Source of the DNA: Halobacteriales archaeon
GTDB lineage: Archaea > Halobacteriota > Halobacteria > Halobacteriales > Hikarchaeaceae
DNA: 64,000 bases
Reading direction: 5' to 3'
Assembly (NCBI GenBank): GCA_022450005.1
Contig: JAKURE010000001.1
Span: 24,220 to 88,219, forward strand
A program made the translations under genes and the position numbers. The notes beneath the pieces were generated by a model that was not told where the DNA came from, ran no database searches, and worked only from the letters and a program-made list of their open reading frames with translations. How positions within the stretch are numbered: the first letter of the stretch is position 1; every line of letters begins with the position of its first letter. Positions 18,816 through 28,178 of this stretch are shown piece after piece.

Positions 18816-20423
18816 ATGGAAACTACCAAATTCGACATAAAACGAAAACAAGGTAGTTCTTCTATTTTTTCAAGAGAGGTTCTCTTCCACTATCTGGCTT
18901 TTGTAGCATCCATTGTTGGAATCCTTTCTCTAGCACTATTATTGGCAACTGCTCTTTTCAATGCATTAGGCCTCAAAACAGCAGATCTGTTCTGGTACCT
19001 CTGTTATATTCTCATAGTCCTCTCACCACTCCTCGCTTTTAGTTGGTATTGCAAGAAAAATCCGGCAGTCGGAAAAGTTGCCACACGTGCAGTTGGAATA
19101 CTTGTGGGTGGAACTCTGTTTGGAACCCTCCTTCTAGTAATTTTCATACTCTTAGATCCTCAAATCGCATTCCTTTATTTCACATTCACAGTACTACCCA
19201 CATCACTAGTTTGGTTCTATGCACGATCTCAACAAAAACAATCAGTATATCTGAGTTTTGCCCCCCTCGCCGCGATGATTATGGGCATATTCCTATCCAA
19301 TTTCTTATGGAAACTTATCCCTTACTACCCCGCAGACTGGCTAATTTTTGTCTGGATATTTGGACCTCCTGTTGCACTTCTTTCCCGACACTTCTTAAAA
19401 ACTACCCCTCTAAAGTCCCATAGGACCCATCTTGCAATTTCCGTCGTTTTATTTTCAATTATAGTTGGACTCTTCACAAATACTTTCACCGAAATTTCCC
19501 CGACCACCTCTGTACTCTATTTTTTAACAATCCTAATTCCAATATTCTTGTATGCCTCTACACTTCTATTTTCACCCGAACAAAACAAACTCGGTCTTCT
19601 TTTTCCCCTCTTTTTGATTGCAACTATCTTCATAGCACGTATAGTGGCAACTAGTATAGGAGCTGCCCACCCCACCCCTTGGTTAGATCTTCAATTTATA
19701 ACTAGTCCTCCCTCAAGATTCCCTGCAGAAGCAGGTCTTTACCCCGCACTCATCGGTTCCATTTTCATCGTTATTCTAGTCGGAATTCTATCCTTAATTT
19801 TCGGAGTCGGAGCTGCAATTTATCTAGAAGAATATGCTCCTAAAACCGGACCTCTAGGAAGTTTAACCAGGCTGGTCAGAATTAATATATCCAATCTCGC
19901 TGGAGTTCCTTCAGTTGTTTATGGCCTGCTCGGATTGGCATTGTTTGTAAATCTCCTTGGAATGGGATTCGGGACTGTAATTGTTTCTTCGATGACACTT
20001 TCTCTTTTGATCTTACCGATTGTTATAATCGCATCTCAAGAGGCAATTCGAACAGTACCAGAAGCTGTAAGACTGGCCTCTTATGGACTTGGGGCTACCA
20101 AATGGCAAACCATCCGAAATGTTGTACTCCCCATGTCCGTTGGAGGTATCCTTACTGGAACTATATTATCAATGAGTCGCGCTCTTGGTGAAACTGCACC
20201 TCTGCTAATGATTGGGGCCGCCACTACTGTATTTAAGGCACCCACGGGTCTTGATAGCAAAGTCAGCGCCATGCCATTACAAGTTTTCCATTGGGCATTC
20301 TCTGCCAAACCCGATCTCCGTGGAGGAGTCGCTGCAGCCGGTATTATCTTGCTACTATTCGTGTTACTATCGATGAACGGTATTGCTATCATTTTGAGGA
20401 ACAAATACCGAAAAGACAAATAA
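18816..20423 (+). CDS. pstA: Phosphate ABC transporter permease PstA with a ~285-aa N-terminal multi-TM extension
   Basis: The C-terminal ~250 aa is a canonical PstA core ([30 protein letters not shown]). The start abuts the pstC stop (TAAATG). Confidence 0.85.
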   Translation: METTKFDIKRKQGSSSIFSREVLFHYLAFVASIVGILSLALLLATALFNALGLKTADLFWYLCYILIVLSPLLAFSWYCKKNPAVGKVATRAVGILVGGTLFGTLLLVIFILLDPQIAFLYFTFTVLPTSLVWFYARSQQKQSVYLSFAPLAAMIMGIFLSNFLWKLIPYYPADWLIFVWIFGPPVALLSRHFLKTTPLKSHRTHLAISVVLFSIIVGLFTNTFTEISPTTSVLYFLTILIPIFLYASTLLFSPEQNKLGLLFPLFLIATIFIARIVATSIGAAHPTPWLDLQFITSPPSRFPAEAGLYPALIGSIFIVILVGILSLIFGVGAAIYLEEYAPKTGPLGSLTRLVRINISNLAGVPSVVYGLLGLALFVNLLGMGFGTVIVSSMTLSLLILPIVIIASQEAIRTVPEAVRLASYGLGATKWQTIRNVVLPMSVGGILTGTILSMSRALGETAPLLMIGAATTVFKAPTGLDSKVSAMPLQVFHWAFSAKPDLRGGVAAAGIILLLFVLLSMNGIAIILRNKYRKDK

Positions 20424-20442
20424 CCCAAAGGAATAATTTCAC

Positions 20443-21249
20443 ATGCCATTGTCAAAATTAAAATCTACTAATAGTGACCCGAAAAAGCCAGTATCTGATA
20501 AGAGTATCATCTCTAGTCAAAACCTCACAGTCAAATATGGATCAAAAATAGCAATAGAAGATGTAACCGTTGATATTCCTCTTAAAAAAGTAACTGCTAT
20601 TATCGGGCCTTCCGGCTGTGGAAAATCAACTTTTCTTCGATGCATCAACAGAATGAATGATCTCATTCCAGGAGTATCGGTTGAAGGTAATCTTTTCCTA
20701 GGTGATACTAACATTTATTCCGAAGAAGTAGATCCTGTTCTCCTCCGTCGCTTGGTCGGTATGGTTTTCCAATCTCCAAACCCCTTCCCCAAATCCATAT
20801 ACGATAACGTCGCATATGGTCTAAGGATCCAAGGCAAAACTGACAACATGGATGAAGTCGTCGAATCCGCACTTAAGAGAGCTGCACTTTGGAAAGAGGT
20901 CTCTGATAGATTGGATGAAAAGGCAACAGGACTTTCGGGCGGGCAACAACAACGACTTTGCATCGCTAGAACGATCGCAGTAGATCCAGAGGTAATCCTC
21001 ATGGACGAACCCGCAAGTGCACTTGACCCCATTGCAACATCCCAAATCGAAGATTTAATCCAGCAATTGACTAAGGATTATACGGTCGTGATCGTTACTC
21101 ACAATATGCAACAAGCAGCCAGAATATCTGATAAAACTGCAGTTTTTCTCACTGGAGGAAAATTAATAGAGTTCGACGACACCAAAACCATATTCGAAAA
21201 TCCACATAATCAACAAGTAGAAGATTATATTACTGGTAAATTTGGATAA
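20443..21249 (+). CDS. pstB: Phosphate import ATP-binding protein PstB
   Basis: Walker [10 protein letters not shown], signature LSGGQQQRL, Walker [12 protein letters not shown], and a PstB-type C-terminus. Confidence 0.93.
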   Translation: MPLSKLKSTNSDPKKPVSDKSIISSQNLTVKYGSKIAIEDVTVDIPLKKVTAIIGPSGCGKSTFLRCINRMNDLIPGVSVEGNLFLGDTNIYSEEVDPVLLRRLVGMVFQSPNPFPKSIYDNVAYGLRIQGKTDNMDEVVESALKRAALWKEVSDRLDEKATGLSGGQQQRLCIARTIAVDPEVILMDEPASALDPIATSQIEDLIQQLTKDYTVVIVTHNMQQAARISDKTAVFLTGGKLIEFDDTKTIFENPHNQQVEDYITGKFG

Positions 21250-21281
21250 CTTTAATTTATCATGAACCCATTACCTTAATC

Positions 21282-21962
21282 ATGGCACGTGAGACCTACC
21301 AAGATGGACTTAAGCAACTTAAGACGGGCGTCATCAGCATGGCGGATCTTGTTCTAGAGCGGCTAAATATGGGACTTAACGCTCTCACCAAAAATGATAT
21401 CAGCCTGGCAAAAACTGTCATTTTTGGCGACGATGAAATCAATGATATGTATCTTGAATTGGAATCCCAGTGTGTCAATCTACTTGCATTACAACAACCC
21501 GTTGCAGGAGATTTGAGATTGATAGCATCTTCTTTTAAAATCATCACCGATCTAGAACGAATCGCAGATCTCGCAGTCAATCTAGGTGACTATACTCTAG
21601 ATGGTCGGGGAGACATCTTCCCAGATGTAGATATAAGCTCTCTCGGAAATATCGTTCACACGATGCTAGCTGACTCTATGAAGGCGTACGAAAACCAAGA
21701 TTCAGACACATGCTTCGAAATTTCAAATAGAGATGCAGAAGTCGATAGTTTGTGTCGAATTGCCAATCAATTTGTCGTCAAATCGCTCATAGAAACCAAA
21801 TTCGAGGGCGACACTCCCCTTGATACTTTAGATGATCTGATGTCCGATGTACAACGATTTTTGTTAACAATACGTGACATAGAACGTGTAGGTGACCACG
21901 CTGTAAATATCGCAGCGAGAACGTTGTATATGGTAACTAACAACGACGAATTATTGTATTAG
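21282..21962 (+). CDS. phoU: Phosphate transport system regulator PhoU
   Basis: Two PhoU repeats with ERIADLAVN and ERVGDHAVNIA. It is the last gene of the pst operon. Confidence 0.88.
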   Translation: MARETYQDGLKQLKTGVISMADLVLERLNMGLNALTKNDISLAKTVIFGDDEINDMYLELESQCVNLLALQQPVAGDLRLIASSFKIITDLERIADLAVNLGDYTLDGRGDIFPDVDISSLGNIVHTMLADSMKAYENQDSDTCFEISNRDAEVDSLCRIANQFVVKSLIETKFEGDTPLDTLDDLMSDVQRFLLTIRDIERVGDHAVNIAARTLYMVTNNDELLY

Positions 21963-22654
21963 TTTACTATCTGCCATCCATCCCCTCCGACCAAACCATC
22001 CTCTTTGATCACAAACATAGTATTCTCCCCCGCTGGCCTAGATCTATGTTTCTCGATTGTAATCTTTCTATTCCCCCCTTTAAATCTATCAAGCCTCAGG
22101 ACGGTCCCATTCCAGTGAGGTAATAAATTTCCACCTAGTGGCCTAATCTGATTGGTTTCTGGATGCGTATACACTTGGTTTGTTACAATCACTGCAAGAT
22201 CGAACCTCCTAGCCAACGACAAAAGTGATATCATCTGACGTGCTAGCGTTCGAAGAGCTCCTCCATCTGTCCTTTCGGCCTGTTCAAGTCGATAAAACCC
22301 GGTGGCACTATCAAGAACAATAAGATCTACCTCTGCTGCAAACCCGCCCACCTTTTTGATGGCAGCAGACTGTTCTTCGAAATCATGTACCTCTGAAATT
22401 ATTAAATTTTCTCCCAACTCATAAGGGTCTCCTTTATTCCTCGCTAGTTGATGAAACCGATCGATAGAGATCCCCTCTGTATCAATATAAACAACCTTCT
22501 TATTTTCTGCTACAGTTTGTGCCGCAGCACTAAGTGCAATGTTTGTTTTCCCCGCAGCAGGGGCGCCATATACTTGCGTAATAGACCCCATATCGATGCC
22601 TCCCCCTAGTAGGTCATCTATTGGAATGCACCCTGTTGAAAGTTTTCTATCCAC
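21959..22654 (-). CDS. radB: DNA repair/recombination protein RadB
   Basis: [36 protein letters not shown] (Walker A) with a RadB-sized core. I place the start at GTG 22654 (VDRKLSTGC). This gives a typical RadB length and removes a 44-nt overlap with larC. The longest ORF runs to 22741. Confidence 0.85.
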   Translation of the reverse strand: MDRKLSTGCIPIDDLLGGGIDMGSITQVYGAPAAGKTNIALSAAAQTVAENKKVVYIDTEGISIDRFHQLARNKGDPYELGENLIISEVHDFEEQSAAIKKVGGFAAEVDLIVLDSATGFYRLEQAERTDGGALRTLARQMISLLSLARRFDLAVIVTNQVYTHPETNQIRPLGGNLLPHWNGTVLRLDRFKGGNRKITIEKHRSRPAGENTMFVIKEDGLVGGDGWQIVN

Positions 22655-22697
22655 ATAACTTCGTATCTTTTCCCTGGTGAAAAAAACTCCGATGAAT

Positions 22698-23900
22698 TTA
22701 TTGCATCCATTTTTCCCTAGCTTTCTCTTCAACCAACCCAATTATTCTTCTAACCGGCCAATTAACTTCACGAGCAACCTTAGCCGCGTCTTCATACTCT
22801 GCACTTATGTTGTATACTTTCCCTTCCTTTCCAGATGCAATTTTAACAGCAATTGTATATGTTTTATCTTCTATTTCCACTGAAATTTGTTCCATTTTTC
22901 GACTTGCTATCCATCTATGTGTCCCCGGAGACTCTCTAATTCCCAATGTACCTGTTTCCTCGGCCAGTCTCTGTGCAACACGGTCTGCATTTTCAGGCTT
23001 GACAACAACCTTAACAATATGCCCTGGTCTAGATTTTTTCATCATGGCTGGAATAACTGTGACATCTCTTGCCCCTTCTTCTACTAATACTTCATAGAGA
23101 TTTCCTATTACCTCTGGACTGACATCATCTATGTTTGTCTCTAACAAGACAATTTCATCCTTTTCTAAATTCTTCATTTCTCCACTTATTACTCTCAATA
23201 CGTTTGCTACGCCTTCTATCTTGTGGTGTCCCATACCATATCCCGTTCTCATAACTTCCAATGAAGGTATTCTTTCAACCCCCTCTCCAAAGTATGTCAG
23301 TATTGCAGCCCCCGTGGGAGTCAACAATTCCCTTTCGACAGGGCCCCCTCTTATCGACCAAGTTGCATTTTTAGCAAGAGCCAGTACAGCTGGTGCCGGA
23401 ATTGGATATTCTCCATGCTGCATTTTAACCGTCCCATCCCCGACCGATACTGGAGGAACTATTACGGACTTTACACCCAAATCTTCCATCAATAAACAAG
23501 TCCCCACGATATCTGCAATCGCATCATCTGCCCCAACTTCGTGCAGGTGTATTTCTTCTAATTTTTTCCCATGTACTTCTGCTTCAGCCTCTCCCAACAA
23601 ATGGAATATCCCGACCGCATCAGAAGCCACCTTTTCCGAAATTGATAGGGACCTAACTACTTTTATTATATCTTTCAACTTCTTACTAGACCTTTCTCCC
23701 TCTATGATCTTCCCCTCCCGTGTAACCTGAACCTGTTTCGCTGCGATTCCTTGTTCTACTAATTCTTCTATATCATATTTCACGCCTAGCCCTTCTTCTA
23801 TTGGAATCAATACTTCTGCATTTGCCCCAACTCCCAACAGTGCCGCAATTATCATATCACCACTGGCGCCCATTTTTCCATCGAACACTAGTGTAACCAT
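22698..23900 (-). CDS. larC: LarC-family nickel insertion protein (DUF111/UPF0272)
   Basis: The N-terminus FDGKMGASGDMIIAALLGVGA and the length of ~400 aa are typical of LarC/DUF111. Confidence 0.75.
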   Translation of the reverse strand: MVTLVFDGKMGASGDMIIAALLGVGANAEVLIPIEEGLGVKYDIEELVEQGIAAKQVQVTREGKIIEGERSSKKLKDIIKVVRSLSISEKVASDAVGIFHLLGEAEAEVHGKKLEEIHLHEVGADDAIADIVGTCLLMEDLGVKSVIVPPVSVGDGTVKMQHGEYPIPAPAVLALAKNATWSIRGGPVERELLTPTGAAILTYFGEGVERIPSLEVMRTGYGMGHHKIEGVANVLRVISGEMKNLEKDEIVLLETNIDDVSPEVIGNLYEVLVEEGARDVTVIPAMMKKSRPGHIVKVVVKPENADRVAQRLAEETGTLGIRESPGTHRWIASRKMEQISVEIEDKTYTIAVKIASGKEGKVYNISAEYEDAAKVAREVNWPVRRIIGLVEEKAREKWMQ

Positions 23901-23989
23901 ATTTGTTCTTAGGAGTCTCTCAGGCGAAAAGCTCCTCGATCGAATATAGGAAGATCTCCCCCCGAGGATCCATTATATGCTCTATAGCT

Positions 23990-24208
23990 CTATTTTCGCC
24001 ACCATAGCCAAATTGTGATAATTCCCGAAATAATTGGAGCAAAGACAACCTGAAAGCTGCCAAACGAAGCAAGAGAAATTTGGAATAAAGTAGACATAAA
24101 ACTAATCATAATTCCAATGAAAATATACAGAATAATGAACAATAAAATATAGCTTAGAAAATTTTTAGGTTCTTTTAATATATCCATAATTCCATTCTGC
24201 AACTTCAT
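23990..24208 (-). CDS. Possible small two-TM membrane protein
   Basis: 72-aa hydrophobic ORF whose first base coincides with the discriminator base of tRNA-Leu. In AT-rich DNA it could be a chance ORF. Confidence 0.3.
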   Translation of the reverse strand: MKLQNGIMDILKEPKNFLSYILLFIILYIFIGIMISFMSTLFQISLASFGSFQVVFAPIISGIITIWLWWRK

Positions 24209-24292
24209 GCGCAGACCAGGATTCGAACCTGGGAACTCCTACGAGACAGAGCCCTCAACCCTGCGCCTTTGGCCTGGCTTAGCTACCTGCGC
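24208..24292 (-). tRNA. tRNA-Leu (anticodon GAG), long variable arm
   Basis: Hand-folded on the minus strand. Acceptor stem GCGCAGG/TCTGCGC with discriminator A. D-arm resembles GCT-AAGCCAGGCCAAA-GGC. Anticodon stem-loop is CAGGG-TTGAGGG-CTCTG. A long variable arm is present. T-arm is CCAGG-TTCGAAT-CCTGG. Confidence 0.88.
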
Positions 24293-24373
24293 GCGCAAGG
24301 AGATAGCTCTCGACCCGTTAAAAGTGCTTTCGTTTTGCCCTATGGGTGGCCTATTTATAGATCTCTGCTATAC

Positions 24374-24982
24374 TTAGCCTAATAAGGCGTATTCTGTTAA
24401 TTTAGAAACAATTTTGTCAATCGCTTCTTCTGCATTTTCTGGCTTTTTCCCTCCGGTTATAACCACTTTCCCCGATCCAAATAGAAGAACAACAACCTTT
24501 GGATCTTGTAGGCGGTAAACTAACCCTGGAAATTGCTCAGGTTCATATTCAATATTTTCCAATCCAAAACTAATGGCAATCGCATTTAGATTCAATGGGT
24601 GGCCTAGATCCCCACTAGTCACAATATTTTGGACTTTTATTTCGGGCGATCCTGGAACTTCTATTCCCAAATCTCTCAGAGTGTCAAAGGTTAATTCCAC
24701 TGCTGCATGCACATCATCAATACTCTGTGCACCTGTTGACACGATTTTCCCCGATCTGAAGATTAGACACGCAGCTTTTGGTTCTTGTAGGCGGTAAACT
24801 AACCCTGGAAATCGATCAGGGTCATATTCCGTCCCCGGTAGATCTGCCGCAAGTGCCTCTAAATTCAATTCTTGATCAATACCCGTTGAAGCGACCACAT
24901 TTTCAATCTTCAGGGTCCCTTTCGGGTCCCCTTTTGGAAATCTTCCATTCCAATATGGTGGTTTTTCTTCTTTTTTCACCAT
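24374..24982 (-). CDS. tbp: TATA-box binding protein
   Basis: Two TBP repeats (IENVVASTGIDQELNLEALA...FPGLVYRLQEPK... and VQNIVTSGDLGHPLNLNAIA...FPGLVYRLQDPK...). The longest-ORF start (25039) is a TTG. ATG 24982 sits ~30 nt downstream of a TTTATAA box. Confidence 0.95.
   Translation of the reverse strand: MVKKEEKPPYWNGRFPKGDPKGTLKIENVVASTGIDQELNLEALAADLPGTEYDPDRFPGLVYRLQEPKAACLIFRSGKIVSTGAQSIDDVHAAVELTFDTLRDLGIEVPGSPEIKVQNIVTSGDLGHPLNLNAIAISFGLENIEYEPEQFPGLVYRLQDPKVVVLLFGSGKVVITGGKKPENAEEAIDKIVSKLTEYALLG
24498..24555. repeat. Intragenic direct repeat copy 1 (TBP repeat 2 region)
   Basis: About 52 of 58 nt are identical to 24777-24834, including a 30-nt perfect match (24504-24533 = 24783-24812). 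The offset is 279 nt (93 codons). Confidence 0.8.
24777..24834. repeat. Intragenic direct repeat copy 2 (TBP repeat 1 region)
   Basis: Partner of 24498-24555. The shared 30-mer encodes FPGLVYRLQ with identical codon choices. Confidence 0.8.
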
Positions 24983-25008
24983 CGTACCCCTATGTTTTAC
25001 CTGTTTAC

Positions 25009-25015
25009 TTATAAA
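25009..25015 (-). promoter_or_regulatory. TATA box of tbp
   Basis: The minus strand reads TTTATAA, followed by 26 nt and then ATG (24982). Confidence 0.45.
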
Positions 25016-25162
25016 CTGTACATAACTAATTTTCCCCAATTATCAATAGGTTTAGTCCAGTTTTCGCGATTTTTACCCCTATATGTACAAATTTTCTGAA
25101 AATTACCCTTGCCCATCGATAAGGTAAAACCATGCCCAAGCTTTATATTAAAATGTATTTAC

Positions 25163-25540
25163 ATGTCTCGCGAACTTTCCTATCTATTTAGTAGTCTAGT
25201 TGAACTCGATGATGAGTCTCATTTTATAAAGTTACCCTCTCAAGAATCCCCCCCCTTTGATATCGATACGGATACCACTTATCGAGTCCTATTTTTGCAA
25301 AAATCCCCTGGGGAAACCAACGCCACCCCCTCCCACGTACCTGACGCCCCCGTTGCAATAGACGACACCCTCGAAGTGCTAATTGAGGATATAGGAAGTG
25401 AAGGCGATGGTATAGCGCGCATTGGGCCTGGGTATATTATATTTATTCCAAAAACAGATATAGGGCATAAAGTTAAAATAAAGATCAATTCGGTCACAAG
25501 TCGTTGCGCATTCGGCGAAGTCGTCGAACATTTGATGTAG
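25163..25540 (+). CDS. TRAM (OB-fold) domain protein
   Basis: C-terminal LEVLIEDIGSEGDGIARIGPGYIIFIPKTDIGHKVKIKINSVTSRCAFGEVVE is a TRAM pattern. The ORF-track start (25109) is a TTG, so ATG 25163 is used. Confidence 0.6.
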   Translation: MSRELSYLFSSLVELDDESHFIKLPSQESPPFDIDTDTTYRVLFLQKSPGETNATPSHVPDAPVAIDDTLEVLIEDIGSEGDGIARIGPGYIIFIPKTDIGHKVKIKINSVTSRCAFGEVVEHLM

Positions 25541-25593
25541 CCTTCAGCGACACATTTCAATTGATTTATTCCCCCTCTGACTAACTACCTCCT

Positions 25594-26157
25594 GTGAAGA
25601 AATTTGTCCATGACCACATCGTCTTAGTTTCTGCCCTCTTGAGCATTGTATCTTTATCACTTGTATTTGGAGCTGCTGGTGGATACATTCCCGCCGAATA
25701 CCTCCCGCGATCCGATCCCGTGCTCAAAGTCATACCCCATTTCAATGCATTCCTTAGCATCCTGGCAATTATAACTATCTTAAAAGGCGTATCCCATATC
25801 CGTAATAAAGATATAGAACGCCACAACAAAACAATGCTACTAGCATTTACCATATTTGCTACATTTTTGATTTTATATCTATACCGGGTAGCCATCGTTG
25901 GACCTGCAGAATTTGGAGGCCCCGAAAATATTTATCTATTTATTTATCTGCCTTTCTTAGCAATCCATATACTCCTTGCTGTCATTTGCGTACCTCTATT
26001 ATTTTATGTTTTAACTATTGGATTGACATACGCCCCTGGAGAAATCCCAGGAACTTCTCATCGGAGAGTTGGAAAAGTTGCATACAAACTATGGCTCATC
26101 GCATTTATAATGGGATCCATGGTTTATCTAATGGCCTACCACATCTATCCGCCATAA
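25594..26157 (+). CDS. DUF420-family membrane protein
   Basis: Four-to-five-TM protein with PHFNAFLS...H...RH..TM...and HRRVGKVAYKLWL, resembling DUF420. GTG start. Confidence 0.5.
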   Translation: MKKFVHDHIVLVSALLSIVSLSLVFGAAGGYIPAEYLPRSDPVLKVIPHFNAFLSILAIITILKGVSHIRNKDIERHNKTMLLAFTIFATFLILYLYRVAIVGPAEFGGPENIYLFIYLPFLAIHILLAVICVPLLFYVLTIGLTYAPGEIPGTSHRRVGKVAYKLWLIAFIMGSMVYLMAYHIYPP

Positions 26158-26189
26158 TCCGTTTATTAAATTTATCTATTTTTCCGTAC

Positions 26190-26363
26190 TTACCTGTCAC
26201 CGGCCATAGATTGCCATGAGTATGATCTCATTTTAGCCGATTTACCAAACCCACAGCTAGAACAAACACCCTTCTTAATATGATATGCAGCAACACCGCA
26301 CCTTCTACATTTAACATGGATGGTTTTATTCTTTTTACCCTTGCTACTCGTTCCATCTGGCAT
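26190..26363 (-). CDS. rpl37e: 50S ribosomal protein L37e (eL37)
   Basis: Not in the ORF track (57 aa). My translation is [57 protein letters not shown]. This is the eL37 zinc-ribbon pattern (HxxCRRCG...CxxCGFGxSAKxRxYxW). Confidence 0.9.
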   Translation of the reverse strand: MPDGTSSKGKKNKTIHVKCRRCGVAAYHIKKGVCSSCGFGKSAKMRSYSWQSMAGDR

Positions 26364-26447
26364 GATATAGTCAAGACGATGCCCCCATCACGTATAAGCG
26401 TTTTTTCTCCAACTTTGGTTTCCGAAACCCTCTGAATTTTCTAGAAT

Positions 26448-26999
26448 CTATCCGAAGCCTCTTCCAATTTCATCATCCTTAATCATTTCTTCCAATTTCC
26501 GTTCTAATTTTCTATTAACATCATGAAATTCTTCCGCTAAAATGTCTAGTGATTCTGGACGGCTACCCATTCCTCTATAATCCAAAGGACCATATGCTGG
26601 AGATCCTACGGCGACCATTACATCTTCAAATAAATCTAGTGAAGTCGTAGGTGCATCCACATGGGCCCGTAAGGTTTCTTCTACTCGCTGGGTAACTCTT
26701 TTTACTTCTACACCTTCTGAGATTGGTTTGTGTATTGCAAATCTTCCATCCACCTCTCTCGGAAACTGATCACTAATACCCTCATCAATTTTATGTACTA
26801 ATTGCGCACCAACCCCTTGAACTTCAAATGGATTCTTCGCATATGTTTTGAGATGATACAGACCTGCCCCTGGATGGCACAAATACAAATCTTCTCCTAT
26901 CCCCCCTGAACGAATCCCCGAAATAGCACGCCATTTTTGTGGATCAGAATCTTTGGAAATAAGCTCCTGTAATACATCCTGCCAATTCCGAACACGCAT
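26448..26999 (-). CDS. Hypothetical protein (no family recognised)
   Basis: Clean 183-aa acidic ORF, co-directional with and immediately upstream of rpl37e. Confidence 0.5.
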   Translation of the reverse strand: MRVRNWQDVLQELISKDSDPQKWRAISGIRSGGIGEDLYLCHPGAGLYHLKTYAKNPFEVQGVGAQLVHKIDEGISDQFPREVDGRFAIHKPISEGVEVKRVTQRVEETLRAHVDAPTTSLDLFEDVMVAVGSPAYGPLDYRGMGSRPESLDILAEEFHDVNRKLERKLEEMIKDDEIGRGFG

Positions 27000-27070
27000 A
27001 TAAAAATAATAAAGAATTCTCTGTGTATCAAACTATCGTTTATATCTTTTATAAAAAATATATCCGCTTA

Positions 27071-28135
27071 TTAATTAACACGAAACCTTAGAAGGGCTGC
27101 AATTCCACCCAGGCCTTTCAGTTCTCCCCCTGGTCCATATTCTTTTGATACTATCGTAATTTCTCCCCCCTTTTCCCCGACCATTTCTATTATCTCATCC
27201 ACATCCACTTTCCACAAATTTCTCCCTTCCCGTTCTTCTTGCAATTCCCCATCAACAATTACCAAATTTTCTATAGCTCCATACCCCGAGGCAATTCGAA
27301 CTTCTTCTGGCCCATAAGCAACCAAACCTGAAATTTTTATTCTCTTTTTTATTTCCTCTACTATTTGGGTTTCTTTCCCAATCCGGGTTTTAACAATAAT
27401 ATCTTTGGCAGTCCCTCCTGACAGAACCTCTTGAACTCCCCGTTCCCCAACAGAACTCGTTTCAGTCAATATGATTTTTTGAGCTAGTTCACCATCTCTC
27501 GATTTAATATACTCTAGAGCATTTTCTTTGGTAAATCCTGGCCCTGCAAGTACCATAACATCCACCTCTATGCGGGTCAATACTGCTAGAAGCTCTTCAA
27601 ATATATCCGTCCTTTCTGATCCTTCCCCCTTCCCTGTGGACCCTGATAAATTCGCCCGATCACTAATCCCATATTGATTTATTGTTTGCACAAATGCAGC
27701 TCCCTCTTCAATTGTGGCAACTAAAATATCTGGAGAATCTCGTGCTGCAACCGCTTCTTCAATTCTCTGAATCTGATCGGACTTCCATTTTTTCTGGATA
27801 GATATTGTATCAAATATTTCTACGTTTAATGTATGGTGTGTTCCGATTTGTTCTTCATAAGGGCACTCTGTAAGCATCCCCGACACTCTCAATCGATTAG
27901 AAAATTTATGAAATTCCAATGTCTCAATTTCAATGACCACTCTCATATATTCTCTCTGACCACTTGTCTCTCTAGAAATCTCTTCTTTTCTTCGAACTCT
28001 ACGTGTCGTTTCTCCTATTACGGTATCTCCTGGCTCTAAGATAAATTGTAGATGCCAGAGATCATCCAAACTTTCTGGGACGATCACAATTTTTTCCGAA
28101 TCACCTCCTATGATCTCTCGAGCTTGGATCCTCAT
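27071..28135 (-). CDS. pelA: Pelota (mRNA surveillance / ribosome rescue factor)
   Basis: The N-terminus PESLDDLWHLQFILEPGDTV and an eRF1-like C-terminal domain (GGIAALLRF). Confidence 0.88.
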   Translation of the reverse strand: MRIQAREIIGGDSEKIVIVPESLDDLWHLQFILEPGDTVIGETTRRVRRKEEISRETSGQREYMRVVIEIETLEFHKFSNRLRVSGMLTECPYEEQIGTHHTLNVEIFDTISIQKKWKSDQIQRIEEAVAARDSPDILVATIEEGAAFVQTINQYGISDRANLSGSTGKGEGSERTDIFEELLAVLTRIEVDVMVLAGPGFTKENALEYIKSRDGELAQKIILTETSSVGERGVQEVLSGGTAKDIIVKTRIGKETQIVEEIKKRIKISGLVAYGPEEVRIASGYGAIENLVIVDGELQEEREGRNLWKVDVDEIIEMVGEKGGEITIVSKEYGPGGELKGLGGIAALLRFRVN

Positions 28136-28178
28136 ATGGCGGCTACGATGGCCAGATGCATAAATTATCCACTCTCTT

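Noticed and set aside
22655-22741. radB/larC 44-nt overlap implied by the longest radB ORF.
   Set aside because: An in-frame GTG at 22654 gives a RadB of typical length starting about 6 residues before the conserved STGC...LLGGG segment, and removes the overlap. The overlap is therefore probably an ORF-calling artefact rather than a real feature.
22698-23900. larC without larB, larE or larA neighbours, considered as a possible orphan cofactor-maturation gene.
   Set aside because: Lar genes are often dispersed, and one 64-kb window cannot show absence from the genome.
25581-25895. 104-aa minus-strand ORF.
   Set aside because: It is fully embedded antisense in the DUF420 membrane protein gene, which has coherent TM helices.
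26417-26429. Palindrome GGTTTC-C-GAAACC just downstream of the 183-aa ORF and upstream of rpl37e.
   Set aside because: A one-nucleotide loop makes an RNA hairpin terminator implausible, and the minus-strand transcript has no following U-run. A 6-bp palindrome alone is not statistically compelling.
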